A stretch of 42,855 bases of DNA, from the NCBI GenBank assembly GCA_009602725.1, contig WELB01000003.1:1452116-1494970 (forward strand), written 5' to 3'. Below the pieces are notes generated by a model that saw only the letters and a list, made by a program, of their open reading frames with translations, was not told where the DNA came from and searched no databases. A program made the translations under genes and the position numbers. Origin of the DNA: Spirogloea muscicola (Eukaryota). Positions 23,301-34,241 of this stretch are shown here, in pieces (within the stretch, counting starts at the first letter, position 1; every line of letters begins with the position of its first letter).

Positions 23301-26300
23301 CATCACCTCAATGGATGACACAGATCTTGCATGCCCTTTGTAGACAGGTACTTTGAAGACCACGTCCTTCAGCGGGAAAGATGCTCCAGATAGACTGCCA
23401 TTGTGCTTACATAACCCTCCCTGACTATGCAAGTGCGCCTGCGATGCAGGAGTCTCATTCCCCACATCTCGAAGAGGAAATCTTGCTACTCAGGAATGAG
23501 ATGCTCAAGGTTGGTCCACCAAGTGAAAAGTAGACCAAAAGTTGTGAACCTTGTCTCAAGCTGCGTCATGATCGTACTCTGACATAGATTGGGCAAGATG
23601 AATATAGCAAGATAATGCCACTGCAAGCTTTAGCGGGTGAGTCAGCAATCTCAGCATTCCTTCTGTGCCCTATCTTTGTCAGTTAGTATGGTACTACAAT
23701 TCATTGTCGCTACAATGTGCAGATTGAACTTGAGCGAGAGAGGATGGTAGTGGAGCTGCAGGAGGAAAGAGCAGCCCAAGCAGAGGCAGAGAGGCGCATC
23801 AGAGTGCAGGAGCAGAAGATCGAGAACCTTAGCACCATGGTAATCAACTCTGCTATTGACGACCGCAACGTGGACCGGTGGTCAAAGAAGGTAAGCACTA
23901 CCCATATGAAACAGTAATGACTTACATAAATCGATATACATTACGCACACAGTCGAGATATATCCGGGCTTTGCACTGACACAGAGTCTACTCTGTGGCT
24001 TTCAGGGCCATCGTCGTGAAACCTGGTGTCCTCCCCGCGGACAAACGGATGAACAATCTGGCCAGATGGTATGTAAGGGTCTCTGTACAATCCTAGTGGA
24101 GTCCATTGCTACTGTTGCCACTTTCCGTGAATGTGTGAGGTATTCGGATCTAGCGAGGTCACTCATCGTCAGCCAGCGCAGATGCAAACCTGCAACCTGA
24201 AGGAGCAAGTGAATTGTGCATTTTAGATGGAGAGAAGACCTGTCTTTGGCAAGGATTCGGGAGATGCTCAGGCCGACTTCCTCCGAAAGAGGACTTGCAG
24301 GGTTGCCCATCTACCGCCAACCTTTGAGAGTCTGGTCGAAGGGGACAAAGTCCCCACCTTGAAGGGCATCACCAGCCGGCTTTCAAGTCCAGGAATGGTG
24401 CCTTTGCTCAGCAGCAAGGGTGATGAGGTTCCGATTGCAACTCCAGCAGAGGCCCATGATCAAAGCAAGGCCCTGGCAGTCACGCCAAAAGGCAGTGGAA
24501 GGCCAGTAAAGATGCCTCTGTCAGACCAGGCAAGAAGACACACAAAGAGGCAGTCTTTAACTCCAGCTTATTCCTCGACCAGAGCACGTTGGCAGTTGGG
24601 AACAAAGGTAAGGAGGCGGCGAAGCATGAGCGAAGGAATGCATCTCCAAGCTGGCACCTTGGTGAGCTTACCCGTGCAAACCACTGCTTGCCCTGTATTT
24701 ACTCCCTGCTCCTACATGGTATGATGAGAGCTATGGCCAAAGCATGTGGTCCAAGTCTTGTGGTTAGAAGATTAGCACGACATTACCTGAGGACTTGAGC
24801 TCGCAGCTTTTTTTTGACACAAGGATGAACATTTTTGCACACCATGCGGCAGTAGGCTTGGTACCACAAGGTACCAGGTCTTATATCTGCCGTAGCTCTT
24901 CAATACGAACAGAGGAAGATGACGCTTTGGCTTTGTTACTTGTGCAACTCTTAAACTCTTATGCTTTCTCTGCCAAGGTGCAGACGCCTAAGAATGATAC
25001 TGCTACAAGGACTGGCACACGCAAGGAAAATGTACATCCTCAACTTGACCGCAGGACAAAGAGTCTTGGAGACTCAGCTCAGCTGATCAATCAACTTCAA
25101 GCCCAGGTACAATGGTCTTTGATAGCGTATGTTGCTGTTATTGTGATCAAAGTGCTTCAATCAACAAGCCCTTGCAGCTCCACGGAGTAATAACATGGGT
25201 GCTCTAGCATACATCCTGAAGGATCCTTCGCATATGCATGCCGCTATGTGCTGCTCTACAGGTGCGTAACCTTGAGACAGAAAAGGCGTGTATGGAACGG
25301 GAGCTTGAACACGTCACGGAGCTGGCTTCGAGCCAGCAGAAGTCAGCACAAGAGCATGTGGATGAGGTGAGAGCTCACCTTCAAGACAAGATGTGTTGGA
25401 TCTGTTCCTCCTCCAAAGGGCATGGCTCTTGAGCTCACACTATTGAGGTGTGCTAAGGTGTGCCAACATGATGCAGCTCCAAGTGGAGATGCTGGAGCTC
25501 AGAGAAGCTTTGGCCAAGTCCGAGGGACGATGCTTGGCTGCAATAGGAGAGGCATCATTGACTGAGGTTGGTACAAGTCATCACACATCCATTGCGCTTA
25601 GTCATGCAGAACTTCATGCTCACTTTTCCGCTCATCTGGCAGCCTGACATCGACTTTGCAATGCAATTACACAGTGCATGGCATCATTGCCGTTGGCAGG
25701 AGAGAAGATACTGATTGCACCTGTGGAAATGTCTGCAGGTGGCTGCAGAAATAGGTAACGTGGAGATGGGACATGCTGACCAGCTTGAAGAGCTGGCAGA
25801 CATTGAGCAGGAGCTTGTTGCCGAGCGGGCATACGGTGTGCAGATGAGGTATCTCATGGAACAAGAGATTGCCTTGCTCAAGGACAGCTTGCTTGACCTT
25901 TCAGAGGAGCTGCATTTGCTGGGGAAGACGAGGAAGGAAGAAGGAGAGCTGCGTGATAATGCCTGGCAGGAGATTGACCTTCTCAACGTGCAATTGAAGC
26001 ACTGGCCATCGTCTTCAGACCATCATTCAGCTCTCAAGGACGGGCTGACTAATACTTGCCGGAACACAGGGCCGTCTTTGGCAGAGCTTGAGGAACGACT
26101 GAGATGCTCAGAGGCTGACAGGGATAGGCTGGCCAAGCTGGCAGAGGGACTCGCTGCTCAATGGGAGAGTAGCGCAGGCAATGGCCTGGAGGCAGAGAAC
26201 CAGGTGGAGGCTCTGCAGACAGAGCTGGAGAGAATAGTCGACGAGAATGGAAGATTGAACAACGCCCTCTTTGAAGCGACTGCAGACTTAGATGAGCTGC

Positions 26301-29300
26301 ACAGCGACGTCAAGAAGCTCAAAGGTCTCCTCGCCGAGTCAGACCATGTGGTCAACATCAAGTCCACTGAGTCTGCAGACAGGCAGGTTGCCTTGCTCAA
26401 AGCAGAGGCACATACTGAGCAACTGACTGAGGAGCTGAAAGTGCTTGGGGAGGAGAAGGCTAAGCAAGAGGAGGAAAAGCGTGAGCTTGAATGTGCACTT
26501 ACAGGAACTATTGACAACCTTCGCAACGAGCTTGCGGAAGTGGAGCTGCAGCTTAGTACAACATGTCAGGAGCTGGATACTGCGATTGCTAAGCTTGTAA
26601 GACTGGCATTCTGTCTGACTTCGGTCAATGCCCTATGAGCTCTTGCCTGATTCTAAGCTGCCCTAGGCATCCTGGCATTTATGGTTTTCTGAACATCACG
26701 TTTGAAGGCTGTGCACAACTTTTCAGAATTGGTCTGACATTGTCTGCTGCTGCTAACTTTAAGCAGGAGCACGTGACACATGAAAAGGAGGAGGTTGAGG
26801 GGCAGATGCTTGCTGGAAAAGCCTTAACAGAGGAAATGGCTAGCAAGCTGGAGGTGAGTAGAGTATTGCCAGCAATCTTGTGTATACAAAATGCCATAAA
26901 ATCAAGCCCGCGCCACATACTTTCTCTGTGACCATGCTATCTCTCACAAGCTTCAAATTCACCTGCCATCTACTGTGCATGGCCAGGTGTGCCAACAGCA
27001 GCATTTTCATGAGGTGCAACTGCTAAGAGCAGAGCTTGGGGGGATGCGGAAGGAGGTGGCCACTGCCAAGGCACTGCCAGCAGGCTTGGAAAAGGAGCGG
27101 GACAGCCAAAGGAAGGAGCTGGAGAAGCTGAGAGGGAAACTGAAAGAAGTGGACTCAAAATTGAAGACAGCACTCCAAGACAAGAGCTGCTTGCAGGTAA
27201 GCAGTATGCAACCCACGTGTAAATGTGGACTGCCTGCAATCAAAGTTATTGTTGGAGGTGCAGCAAGATGATGATGGTGCCCAGTAACGCCTCATGACTG
27301 ATCCATTTATACTTGTATAGTACTTATGCTCCCCACCAGTGACTTGTCAGCCACTCTCCTATCCACAGTGCCTTCTGTGTCTTGACCACAGAAGCTTGTT
27401 ATGCTTCTTTGCCTTAACAGACTGAGAAAGCCAACATAGAAAGGGAGGTGAAGGTGCTCAGGGGCCAAAGTTCGCTGCTGCAGCGCGACATTGACCGCAG
27501 AGAGAGCACGGTTGACAAGCGGCGTGAGAGCATGGCCCAGGGCCTGAACAAAGCCAAATCTCAGCTCTCCTCCATTGAGCAGGCACTGCAGTACAAGTGC
27601 ACGGAGCTTGAGAAGACATGCTTTGACCTTCAGATGCTTCAGGTCAGACGTCACTCTTAGTTGTTACTTGCTGTCACATGCTGCTGTCACATGCTACTGA
27701 CCAACAGAGGCATCTGATCCTGTGGGCTTTTCTAACTTGATGCACAGCAGATATCTCACTGCGTCTGTCCATGTCCAGGAGGCCAACAAAGGCCTCGAGG
27801 CTTCCAACTTGGAGCTGGAAGCCGCCAGGATTGACGCTGAGAGCAAGCTGCAGATAGCAGAGAGCAACCTCAGCACACTGCGGGAGGAGATTGGCAACTT
27901 AACACTGCAGCTGGAAAAGTCCACCCGACTTCAGCAAGAGGCTGAGCAAGGCTTTGCAGCTGTTGAGAAGGACTTGCAGGAGGCTCGGCAAGAGTGTGTA
28001 CTGCTGGTGAAGCTCATACTCTACACCAGAAAGACAGAAGAGCAGTCAAACTCCGCCTGTCAAGCTGCAGCGTGGTGTTTGTTCAGTAGTAGCACCACTA
28101 AATCAGGAGTATTTGTATGCATGTCATGCACAGGCCAGTATGCTGCAAAAGTGCGAGAAGAGATTTTCTGAGGCTGAGAGCAGAATACTGGAGCTTGAAG
28201 TGGTTGAAAAGGAAATGAAGCAGGTATGGCTCTTCCAGCATCTGGTGCAGAGCTGCCTCTGTAGCATGTGAAATTGCTGCTGGAGAGTCACTACCCATAT
28301 TGCACAGCTTGACCCTCTCACTTCATTGATTGTCCTCGCATACTTTATATTTAGGTGACCGAAGAACTCACGGAGGCACACTTTAAGTTCGAGGAGGACA
28401 AGGCACAAATGACCTCAAGAGAGCAGGAGCTTGGCAGTGAGCTCGAGCTTGTGAAAAGCGAAGCGATTGCCGCGACTGCAGAGTGCTCCAAGCTGAAGGA
28501 GCAGTTGAGACATGCTGATGTGAGGACTACTGAGGTTGGTACCGTCCTTCTGTTGTCGACCCAGCAGCATGCGTGATTAATGGAAGGCACAGGGAGGGGC
28601 AGCTGATGACATCTCTTTATGGTTTGTGGTCAGGTGACTGTACTGTATGAGCAAGTAAAGCAGGAGAGTGAGGAGCTTCAAAGGGTAATCACAAAAGAAC
28701 GTGAGCATAACACAATGGAGAGCCAAAAGATGGCAGAAGCATATGAGCAGCAGGTATTGGAGTCAACGGAAGTGCATACACTTCATCTTTATTGTCACTG
28801 GAAGAGGATGCCATGTATATTGTAGACCGATCAATCTATGTCCTTGCAAAAGTAACGACTTGCTTGTGTGCTTCATCGCCCTGCAGAAGGAGAAACTTGT
28901 GTCTGAGCTTGAGACGATGCAAACAAACGCAAAGGAGCTTGCCAAGCAGCAAGCTATATCTAGTCAGTTGGCCGAGGAAGCAATTCAAGCGAGGCAAGTA
29001 GCCACTCTCAGATGTTCTCACAGAGCAGAGACATACACTTACAGCAATGACAGTAACAGCAACATAAGCTAGCTAATCTGCCAAAGCTATATGTGACATT
29101 TGTGTGTGCTTTGCATCTGCAGTAAGGAAAAGGAGGAGTTGCTCCTTAGAAGGGAGGAGCACTTGAGTCTGATGCTGCAGCAGAGCATGGCCCAGCTCGC
29201 AGTGCTGCAAAGTGCTGACCTGGAGAAAGAGGCAAAACTAGCAAAGCTCCTGGCAGAGTGCAAGAGGCTGGAGGAGTCAGTTGACAATCTCAATAAGCAG

Positions 29301-30820
29301 GCAGAGCTGCTGCAATCCCAGTACCAAGGGGCTGTGCATGATGTCCGCAAGCAGACCAGCATCATCAAGCAGGCAGAGGAGGCAGCCGCCAGCGCCGAGC
29401 GGATCTTCCTGGAGGAGCTAGAGACGGCCAGGTCGCAGGTTGGTAAGGCAGAGCGACAACTTCAGGACGCTAAGCTGGAGGCAGCACGGATGAGAGACGC
29501 CATGGACATATCGCAGGCTGTCAAACGTAAGTATTTTGTGCTCCTCACTCTGAGCCAGTTCTTTTGTGTTGAACCGCAATTTCGACATTCTTATTGCTAA
29601 TGAACATGATGACAACAATCTGGCAGATGTCTGACACCCTTTGTGCCTGTCCTGCCCTCAGAGTCAGAGCAAGCATCAAGAGCAGAAGTTGTTGCAACCA
29701 AGGATACACTTAGGCAGGCGCAGAGGCGCCTGCAGGAAGCTGATGCCCAGATCGACGAGCTTAAGAAGGTTGCTGGTGAAGCCAATGCGGAGGTCAACAA
29801 GCTGAGGCAGAAGTTGCGGGAGGTGGAATCTCAGGAGCAGATGCTGAGGTCTGCCAGGACGGGCCTCGACACCCCAGGCCGGCGACGGCTCATTTCCCAG
29901 TCGGAGGCACAGGTCTGAGCACCAGCTACTGAGCTGCAGAAAGCCTGACCACCCATCATACGACTGCCTGGACATCATATGAGACAGTGGAGCACACCTC
30001 CTGCGTTTGACGCACTCGTCGGCATACCTACCAGCGACTGAATTTGTGAATATGGGTTGTTCGCCGGCAGGCAAAGAAGAACCGCATCTTGGAAGAGCGC
30101 TTGGCGGAAGCAGGCCTGCAACTCGAGGAGCAGGGCGATGTCAATGATCGGCTGAGGTGGGCTTCCTGCAGAGCTCGAAGCCTGGGTCTCCTCTTGCTAG
30201 TCCGCAGCTCGTTAGCTCGGGGAGCTGACTTCTGAGATCTTCCATTTGCAGGAAAGAGCTGGACGCCAATGAAAGCCGGCACAAGGAACTGGCAATCGAG
30301 CTGACAGAGAGGAACCGCATGCTGCTGCTCCGCTTGCGGAAGGCGGAGGAAGGCCTGCTGTACATGAGGGTCTGTTGCCAATCCTCTACTTGCTCTTCTT
30401 GTGTTGAGGCCTGTCCAGTCTAGTCCTGCAGCAGCCAGACCATGATCTCACATGCTGGCTGGAGGCATTGCTCTGCATGAGCAGGACCGAGGAGCAAGGC
30501 GGCTCGAGAAACTCCACCTTGAGGAGCAGCTGGCAGCTGGAGCGGCGGAGCTTGCTGAGTCTCATGGCCAGCGAAGAAGAGCGGTGGCTGAACTTGAGGC
30601 CCTGCAGCTGCAAGTAAGTAATGATAGCAGCTCCATTTGAAGCTCCTCATCACTCTCTCATGCCTGGAACTGTGTTCATAGCCTGGCAGCAGTATGCTTG
30701 TTTTGGCTGAAGGGGGTCTTATTGTGAGAAGCGGTCCCGCTTCAGTGGCTGACAAGCAGGCCTTCCCAGGTAGGAACGCTGGAGGCGAGCTTCAAGGTCC
30801 AACAAGGCCCATCAAGGTGA
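20368..30820 (+). CDS. Kinesin-7 (CENP-E-like) with N-terminal motor and very long coiled coil, many exons
   Basis: [14 protein letters not shown]-loop [78 protein letters not shown], neck [21 protein letters not shown] and RRETWCP. The last exon (30770-30820) is tentative; an alternative acceptor would end at 30876. Confidence 0.94.
22021..22102. repeat. Three ~25 bp tandem units in a kinesin intron
   Basis: ACTTG(T/C)TTGTGG(G/C)CTA(T/C)AGG(G/C)AAGTG repeated three times. Confidence 0.8.
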
Positions 30821-32017
30821 TGGGCAGACGCCGCCTGCTACCTGCAGGATGGCCGTCTGTGTACTCCTCCCCTTAAGCCAGGCGACCTTTCATATAGCAT
30901 AGCAGTGCACACCACTACTTGCATGCTGGGAGCATGCAGGAGCTGCTGCAGTTCTTCCCTGTGCTTGGCAGCAATTATCACAGCTGGCTTCTACAAGCGT
31001 CGAAGACTCAGTAGCAACAATCACTCCGCTCTACATTCTGAGTGTGGCCAGCTCTCTTAAAGGGTTTGCACCAGTCCCACAATGAGCGGCAGGCCAAGGC
31101 AAAACCGATGGCGGCCGACAGGTTGCTCTGGCAAAGGTTCTGCCATCAAATAGGCAGCATAGCTAGATGGTAATCCCCAGCTGGTATCTATAGTCTGGGC
31201 CAGAGCTTGCATTAGGACTACGCCCTCAACGGGCGGCTCAAGGGTGGCACATTGGCATTTTGCCCCAAGACCTTACCTGCAGAGGCACTGCTAAGCAGAA
31301 AGGCGTGCTGGAAAGGCATTTCTAAAATCGCCTGCTGGGAGCTTTCTTACTGATTCAGCATCCTGCACGGAGACATGTATTCTACAAGTAGGTATCCTGA
31401 TAGCCTGAGCCAATGTATGGCTCTGTAGCCATCTGCAAGACTTCATGATTCAGGCAATCTGCAAACTTCGTGACAGAAACCAACTTTCACCGCTCTATAG
31501 CACCAGGCAGTATCACTTTCCGCACGAGGTCCGCTCCATCATGAGCAGAAGCTTTGTTTGTTCATGGCAACTACTTACTGCTTGAAGGGCTACTGCAATT
31601 TGCTATTTGGACATTGATAGTTCAGGGTGGCCGCACATTTGGAAATGCTGACACAGTCACATGGGGAATGGCCTAAAGGTGGGCTTAATGGGCGGGGCTG
31701 CCCCAAAGATACCCTGTTAGGCTCCAGTTGCTCCATGTGGGCTCTTGCAAAGCTGCCCCACAACAAAAGCCAGCGCAGCAAAACTGCTTGGCGAGAGTTG
31801 CGAAGGAGCCATCTCTGGTGGTGCCGGCAGCCTATTCATGCGGCTTAGCTGCATCTGGAACGCTTATTACAGCAGCTAGTGCTGTTGTAAGCGAAAACGA
31901 AACATTTGCCAGCCGCTGGCCTTTTACAGTCATGGGCGCTGCACAGCTGTCACTGGAGGCGCAGAGGCTGCCAGGGACTGAGTAGGATGCAGGAGCACAG
32001 GCGGCAGCAGCGAGACG

Positions 32018-32927
32018 TCAGGACCATTCGTCCTCGGCAGAAGCTCGCTGGAAGAGGAGGATGGTGACGACGAGCACAGCAAAGGCGAGGAGCTCGATCC
32101 ACATGGCGCCCGCAGCGATAAGGCCGGCATGGCGCAGGATTGCGGGGATGGCGATGCTCCCCACCGATGAGAAGCCCGTCAGGAACTTGGCCGCGTCCTC
32201 CCAGCTGTGGACGCTGACAGCAAAGTTGAGCAAGTAGGCAGGGACTGCAACTTGCAGCTAGCGGAAGAGTAAGAAGAGAGACGGTGTGTGGGGCGTCGCG
32301 GGTGTGCCAACTCACTCGCTTCCGTCACCAGCCATGGTGATGAAGTCGGTGGAGGAGCCAGTGCCGAAGAAGAGACACGGCATGGGTAGCAGGATGTACA
32401 TGAGCCCTGCGAGCCCCACGCCGCCGGTGCTTTTGAGGAGGGAGTCCAGACAAGCGCACGAGCACAGGCTGAAGCTCCAGTACAGGGAGGGAATGACCAT
32501 AGAAAAGTTGGCCTCAGATCTGAGCTTGCGGTCTACATTAAATTCCCAAAGCCAGGGGCTTTTGTTAATCAGCTTCCAGTGAGTGGGACAGTCGCCACCT
32601 GTGAGCATGGGCCACCAGTTGTTGTACAGCGCACAGCCCTGGGAGACGCCGCCGCAGCCGCTGCCGCAGTCAATAGCAATTGGGGCAGTGGCGGAGTCCA
32701 AGGGCGGCAGGGGTACAATGCCCCGTGCCGCAAAAGCCATGAGGAAGTAAATGAGAGAGTGGGAGATTCGGGGGCCGGCGACGTGGGATTTTTGAGAGCA
32801 CCAGGATTTGGAGCAGGATGCCGACCGAGAAGAGGAAAGCCAGGCCTGCGAGTCTGCGGACGCCACCGCCAGAAAGCCGAGCATTGGCGGCGGCGTCCCT
32901 TTGACGTCTCTTCTTTCTCCACCGCAT
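32018..32927 (-). CDS. VPS55: Vacuolar protein sorting 55 / OB-RGRP family membrane protein
   Basis: Exons read LAGLAFLFSVGILLQIL, GCALYNNWWPMLT, LMYILLPMPCLFFG and WEDAAKFLTGFSSVGSIAIPAILRHAGLI. The first coding exon is probably just ATGCG (32927-32923). Confidence 0.94.
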
Positions 32928-32935
32928 TGCAGGAA

Positions 32936-32983
32936 ATTAGGGTTTAGGGTTTAGGGTTTGGGGTCTAGGGGAGACGAGAGCAG

Positions 32984-33013
<30 letters not shown>
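32936..33013. repeat. Interstitial telomere-type repeats (telo-box array) followed by a poly-G run
   Basis: ATTAGGG TTTAGGG TTTAGGG TTTGGGG TCTAGGG at 32936-32970, then a G homopolymer at ~32985-33013. Confidence 0.85.
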
Positions 33014-33015
<2 letters not shown>

Positions 33016-33319
33016 AGCGACGGCCGACGCAGCCGCACGCCCAGCCGCCAATCGTTAGCGAAGGGGGGGCCCCACCAAGCGGCTCGAAGCGGCCGGTCTC
33101 TGGCACCATGTGCCCAAGCGTGCCGGCCCAGCCGCTAAGCGGCTCAGGCGGGGGGAGCCACCGTCCAGACTGTGCGTGAACCGGGACCCGCGCAAGCGGT
33201 CATGCAATGTGGTGCCACGCTGCTCGGGCGCGCTCGGACCTGCTCAGTGACCGCCAAGTGTCAGGTGGTCGGCTTCACCTGCCAATCAGAGAAGAAGCAC
33301 GCGGTGCGCATGGCGTGGT

Positions 33320-33655
33320 GGAAGAAGGAAAGTAGCTATCCCAAAGGAAGGGGGCAAGGGCCGTGACCAGAAGGAAAGCGCTTCCAGATTGACAGCAGTG
33401 GCTGTGAGAAGCCAGCCCAAATATTGACAAGGTCCGAAAGGGGCGAAGCGCTATCTCAGAGCTTGCCCGGTAGGATGAAGTACTTCGTAACCACGAGTGA
33501 GGAGCCGCAAATCCGAAAGACTAGCAGGCGGAAGGAAAGCAATCCCCTGACAAAAGCCAGAGGCTGCAGCTAGAGCACGGCCAGCACGCAGGTGCAAGGC
33601 GTGGGCCATGGACCGCTGGAGGGAGATGGAGAGGCACATNCAGTAGGAGACCAAC
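33320..33655 (-). mobile_element. 5'-truncated copy of the same CRE-like retrotransposon family
   Basis: Reads LSISLQRSMAHALHLRAGRALAAASGFCQGIAFLPPASLSDLRLLTRGY. The stretch 33374-33420 differs from 8621-8667 by one base. It ends CCCTTGCCCCC..TTTGGGATAGCTACTTTCCTTCTT. Confidence 0.85.
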
Positions 33656-33699
33656 ACAGAAAGTCATCAGGCCCCGCTTTTGCAGCATGACCTTCGGCA

Positions 33700-34093
33700 A
33701 AAGGCCCTGTTTCGGGGGAGTCGATTATGGACCAACAACCTGCAGAACCTCTTGACTTGCGCCAGCAGCCTACAATTTCAGCCTACTACTTGGACACGAA
33801 TTCCTCGTTCCAATCGACACGAAATGAAGGTGCGGAGTACAACGTATTCATGGCTTTGCCAGTGTGCTACATTTTTCGCAGGAATTTGCTGCCATGGGCC
33901 TGGGGGTAGCTTCACATCTCTTGCAAGAACAAGTACTTCCAGGTCGAGGTGTAATTGGAGACGCCGGTTGCGTTAGAGTGTGTTGGCCAGTGCAGACCTG
34001 GATGATGGAGACGTAAGCGAGGTACACGGCGGCGTTGAAGGCGCCCAAGGCGGCGAGCCTCGGGCCCAGACCCCAGCGCATGGGCAAGCGCAA
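33700..34093 (-). pseudogene. Possible decayed 5' end of a membrane-anchored protein gene
   Basis: Hydrophobic MRWGLGPRLAALGAFNAAVYLAYVSIIQ is followed by a protein-like frame with stops: VSNYTSTWKYLFLQEM*SYPQAHGSKFLRKM*HTGKAMNTLYSAPSFRVDWNEEFVSK*. I do not recognise the family. Confidence 0.3.
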
Positions 34094-34241
34094 GAGCGCG
34101 GCACTGCAGGGGCCTGGCAGTCACTTCAGCAGGGCGATTTTGCGCCCCGTCCCGTCGCCGTAATGGCCGTGATTGCCGCCGCCGCCGCCGCCGTGGCCGC
34201 CGCCGCCGCCGCCGCCGGCGGAGGATCCCCTCGCCGCCGCG

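Noticed and set aside
33780..33960. Stop-codon reassignment or readthrough in a frame with internal TGA and TAG
   Set aside because: Intact genes in the window use TAA, TAG and TGA as normal stops, so decay is the simpler explanation.
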